This document shows, piece by piece, positions 16,457 to 18,259 of a stretch of DNA of 18,259 nucleotides (position 1 is its first letter; every line of letters begins with the position of its first letter). Origin of the DNA: Bdellovibrionales bacterium (GTDB lineage: Bacteria; Bdellovibrionota; Bdellovibrionia; Bdellovibrionales; DASUEL01); contig JBFWOZ010000052.1 in NCBI GenBank assembly GCA_050250255.1, positions 1 through 18,259 on the forward strand, read 5' to 3'. A program made the translations under genes and the position numbers. Below the pieces are notes generated by a model. That model was given only the letters and a program-made list of their open reading frames with translations, was not told where the DNA came from and did not search any database.

Positions 16457-16921
16457 TTAATTATGAATTGGAATTTGTTTTGTGTTGACCGCTTCGGTTT
16501 TTGGAACTGTAATAGTTAAAACACCGTTATTAAAATTTGCATCAACCTTTTTTTCATCTACAGAGCCAGGAAGTGTAAAGCTTCTTGTATAAGCACCATA
16601 AGAAATTTCTGATAAAAACTTCTTTTTAGTCTCCTTTTTCTTTTCTTCTTTTCGTTCTGCGCTAACTGTTAACTGATTTTTGTCAATTTCCACCTTAACT
16701 TGATCTTTGGTAACGCCAGGTAGATCAAACTTCATAACATAGTTATTGCCTTCATCTACAATTTCACACGAAGGCGAAAAGTTAAATTCTTGCAATCCAT
16801 TTTTCTTTTTTAGCGTTAACATTTCGTTAAATAGGCGATCAAAGGAATCATCAAATTGCGAAAGTTCGCGAAATGTATTCATTTTCTTATTATCAAACCA
16901 AAGTTCTAGTGCATTAGACAT
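16457..16921 (-). CDS. Hsp20/alpha-crystallin small heat shock protein
   Basis: FDLPGV.KDQVKV..LTVSAER, EISYGAYTRSFTLP and A.FNNGVLTITVPK. AAGGAGG RBS. Confidence 0.96.
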   Translation of the reverse strand: MSNALELWFDNKKMNTFRELSQFDDSFDRLFNEMLTLKKKNGLQEFNFSPSCEIVDEGNNYVMKFDLPGVTKDQVKVEIDKNQLTVSAERKEEKKKETKKKFLSEISYGAYTRSFTLPGSVDEKKVDANFNNGVLTITVPKTEAVNTKQIPIHN

Positions 16922-16957
16922 ATTGTCCTCCTTAAAAAGGTTGTTGCAGATTTATAA

Positions 16958-16974
16958 AGCAATGAGAGTGCCAA
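16958..16974 (-). promoter_or_regulatory. Sigma54 -24/-12 promoter of hsp20-CBS
   Basis: Minus strand TTGGCAC-TCTCA-TTGCT, a full consensus match. Confidence 0.85.
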
Positions 16975-17075
16975 TTTTTAGTTACTACCTGCAACACAAT
17001 ATCGAGTCGTCTAATGCGAGTGGATTGTTATCTGGATCTGTTTAAGCGCGTTCTTGGATGAACGACGACTTATGT

Positions 17076-17113
17076 TGAGCCATATCTGACACGGGGGATG
17101 AGCCATATTGTCA
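17076..17113. promoter_or_regulatory. Tandem UAS candidates for the hsp20 promoter
   Basis: TGAGCCATAT repeated 23 bp apart (17076, 17099). The second copy is GCCA-TAT-TGTC. Confidence 0.55.
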
Positions 17114-17203
17114 TAGTAAAATTCGTTTATGTTGACGCTTAGTTTTTAGAACAAAGCGTCTCTAGACAACATTTGTTGAGCTCTACGGGAAGTAACCTGC
17201 GGC

Positions 17204-17235
17204 ATGGGGGGTGCTTTTTGCCCCATTTTATTTTT
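17204..17235 (+). terminator. Terminator-like hairpin with U-tract
   Basis: ATGGGG..CCCCAT followed by TTTATTTTT. No obvious + strand gene lies directly upstream. Confidence 0.35.
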
Positions 17236-17530
17236 ATTGCATCTTTGGAGTCTCCCTTCAATACTTAAAACCTCAGGGGGAATTATGCGTTTTAACTACG
17301 TAAGCGCTTTTACGCCTCGTACGCTAGAAAACTATGCGTGGACCGAGCATCTTAATGCATCAATGAACAGCACACTTTTTAAAAATATGAGGAGGCTCGT
17401 AAGCCTGTACTTGGAGTCGGATCTGCTCCAAACCTTTTTTATAAAACCAACAAACAACAACAAGTTTGCGCCGATCTAAAAGAAAAAAGCATATCAAGCT
17501 TAGTGGCGTTTAACTAGAGAGGATAAGATA

Positions 17531-17947
17531 ATGACTTTCTCAAAAATCAAAATTGAAGCGATTGTTTCGGCACCCGTCGAAAAGGTGTGGATCTATTGGA
17601 CAAAACCTGAACACATCACCAAGTGGAATTTTGCCGTTGACGATTGGCAATGCCCATCAGCCACGAACGATTTGCAGGTTGGCGGTATATACAAAGCCAG
17701 AATGGAAGCAAAGGATGGAAGTTTTGGTTTCGATTTCGAAGCGGTGTATGACGAAGTGATTCCTCAAAAGAAACTCACTTACACAATGGCAGATGGACGT
17801 CAAGCCACCACTCATTTTGAAAGTGTAGGGAATCAAACAAAAGTCACCACCGTCTTTGATGCCGAAAAGCAGAACTCCGAAGAAATGCAAAAAGGCGGCT
17901 GGCAAGCTATTTTAAATAACTTTAAAAAGTATGTAGAAGCGAAGTGA
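17531..17947 (+). CDS. SRPBCC/AHSA1-like (activator of Hsp90 ATPase) family protein
   Basis: APVEKVW.YWTKPEHI.KWNFA.DDW.CP.A.NDL.VGG, MEAKDGSFGFDF and GWQAILNNFKKYVE. GAGG RBS. Confidence 0.93.
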   Translation: MTFSKIKIEAIVSAPVEKVWIYWTKPEHITKWNFAVDDWQCPSATNDLQVGGIYKARMEAKDGSFGFDFEAVYDEVIPQKKLTYTMADGRQATTHFESVGNQTKVTTVFDAEKQNSEEMQKGGWQAILNNFKKYVEAK

Positions 17948-18259
17948 GTGACTTCGTAATGTATTTTAATTGCCCCAATTTGTAATGCAGCCATCCCAAT
18001 TGATTCGTTGGTAGGCATTTGCCGGGATTTGAAAGCGACAGCGGTTGATGAGGGATTGAGAATCCATGCTGTAAGACCCCATGATTTTAATCCCACATGA
18101 AGTTACTAACTAAGACACCGATATGTTCTACTTCACTGCTGTCCGGTTTAATTAGATATTCATAACCATCTGTAATTCGCGCGGGTGGCGGGTTACACGG
18201 GGCAGACGGCCTAGAAGGCGCGACAGTGGCTCACGAAGAAGCAAAAGCACCCCAATAAC

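Noticed and set aside
16930..16940. Possible RNA thermometer (CCUU/AAGG) over the hsp20 RBS
   Set aside because: Only 4 bp with a 3-nt loop; no ROSE or fourU architecture can be supported.
17204..17479. 91-aa ORF (or 64 aa from ATG 17285)
   Set aside because: Begins in a terminator-like hairpin and has no recognisable motifs; the shorter form cannot be excluded but is unsupported.
631..17905. Remaining short ORFs overlapping well-supported genes in other frames or strands
   Set aside because: Shadow ORFs without motifs or RBSs.
17948..18259. Minus-strand frames and a GGGGTGCTTTTGC similarity to 17207-17221
   Set aside because: Frames are stop-interrupted with no recognisable family; the similarity is short and low-complexity, and the window edge prevents assessment.

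Overview
Bacterial, AT-rich stress-response region; the gene content resembles Bdellovibrionota or deltaproteobacteria, which is an inference only. It encodes two sigma54 enhancer-binding proteins (one REC-AAA+-HTH, one lacking any N-terminal regulatory domain), a soluble GAF histidine kinase, two tandem-domain USPs, three CBS-pair proteins, Hsp20, a beta-CASP MBL hydrolase, a CXXCH periplasmic protein, a transglutaminase-elicitor-like secreted protein, two SRPBCC proteins, a YoaK/DUF1275 protein and an AAA_28-like ATPase. Most transcription units are preceded by a sigma54 -24/-12 motif plus a recurring GHCA-N3-TGDC palindrome, suggesting one local regulon. The main unannotated element is a ~660-nt ORF-less group II intron-type ribozyme (~4180-4842/4847) whose domains I-VI fold by hand. 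It lies between a sigma54 promoter and the RBS of a usp gene, has non-canonical ends, and its domain IV is reduced to a terminator-like hairpin. All structures were derived by eye; no searches or folding programs were run.
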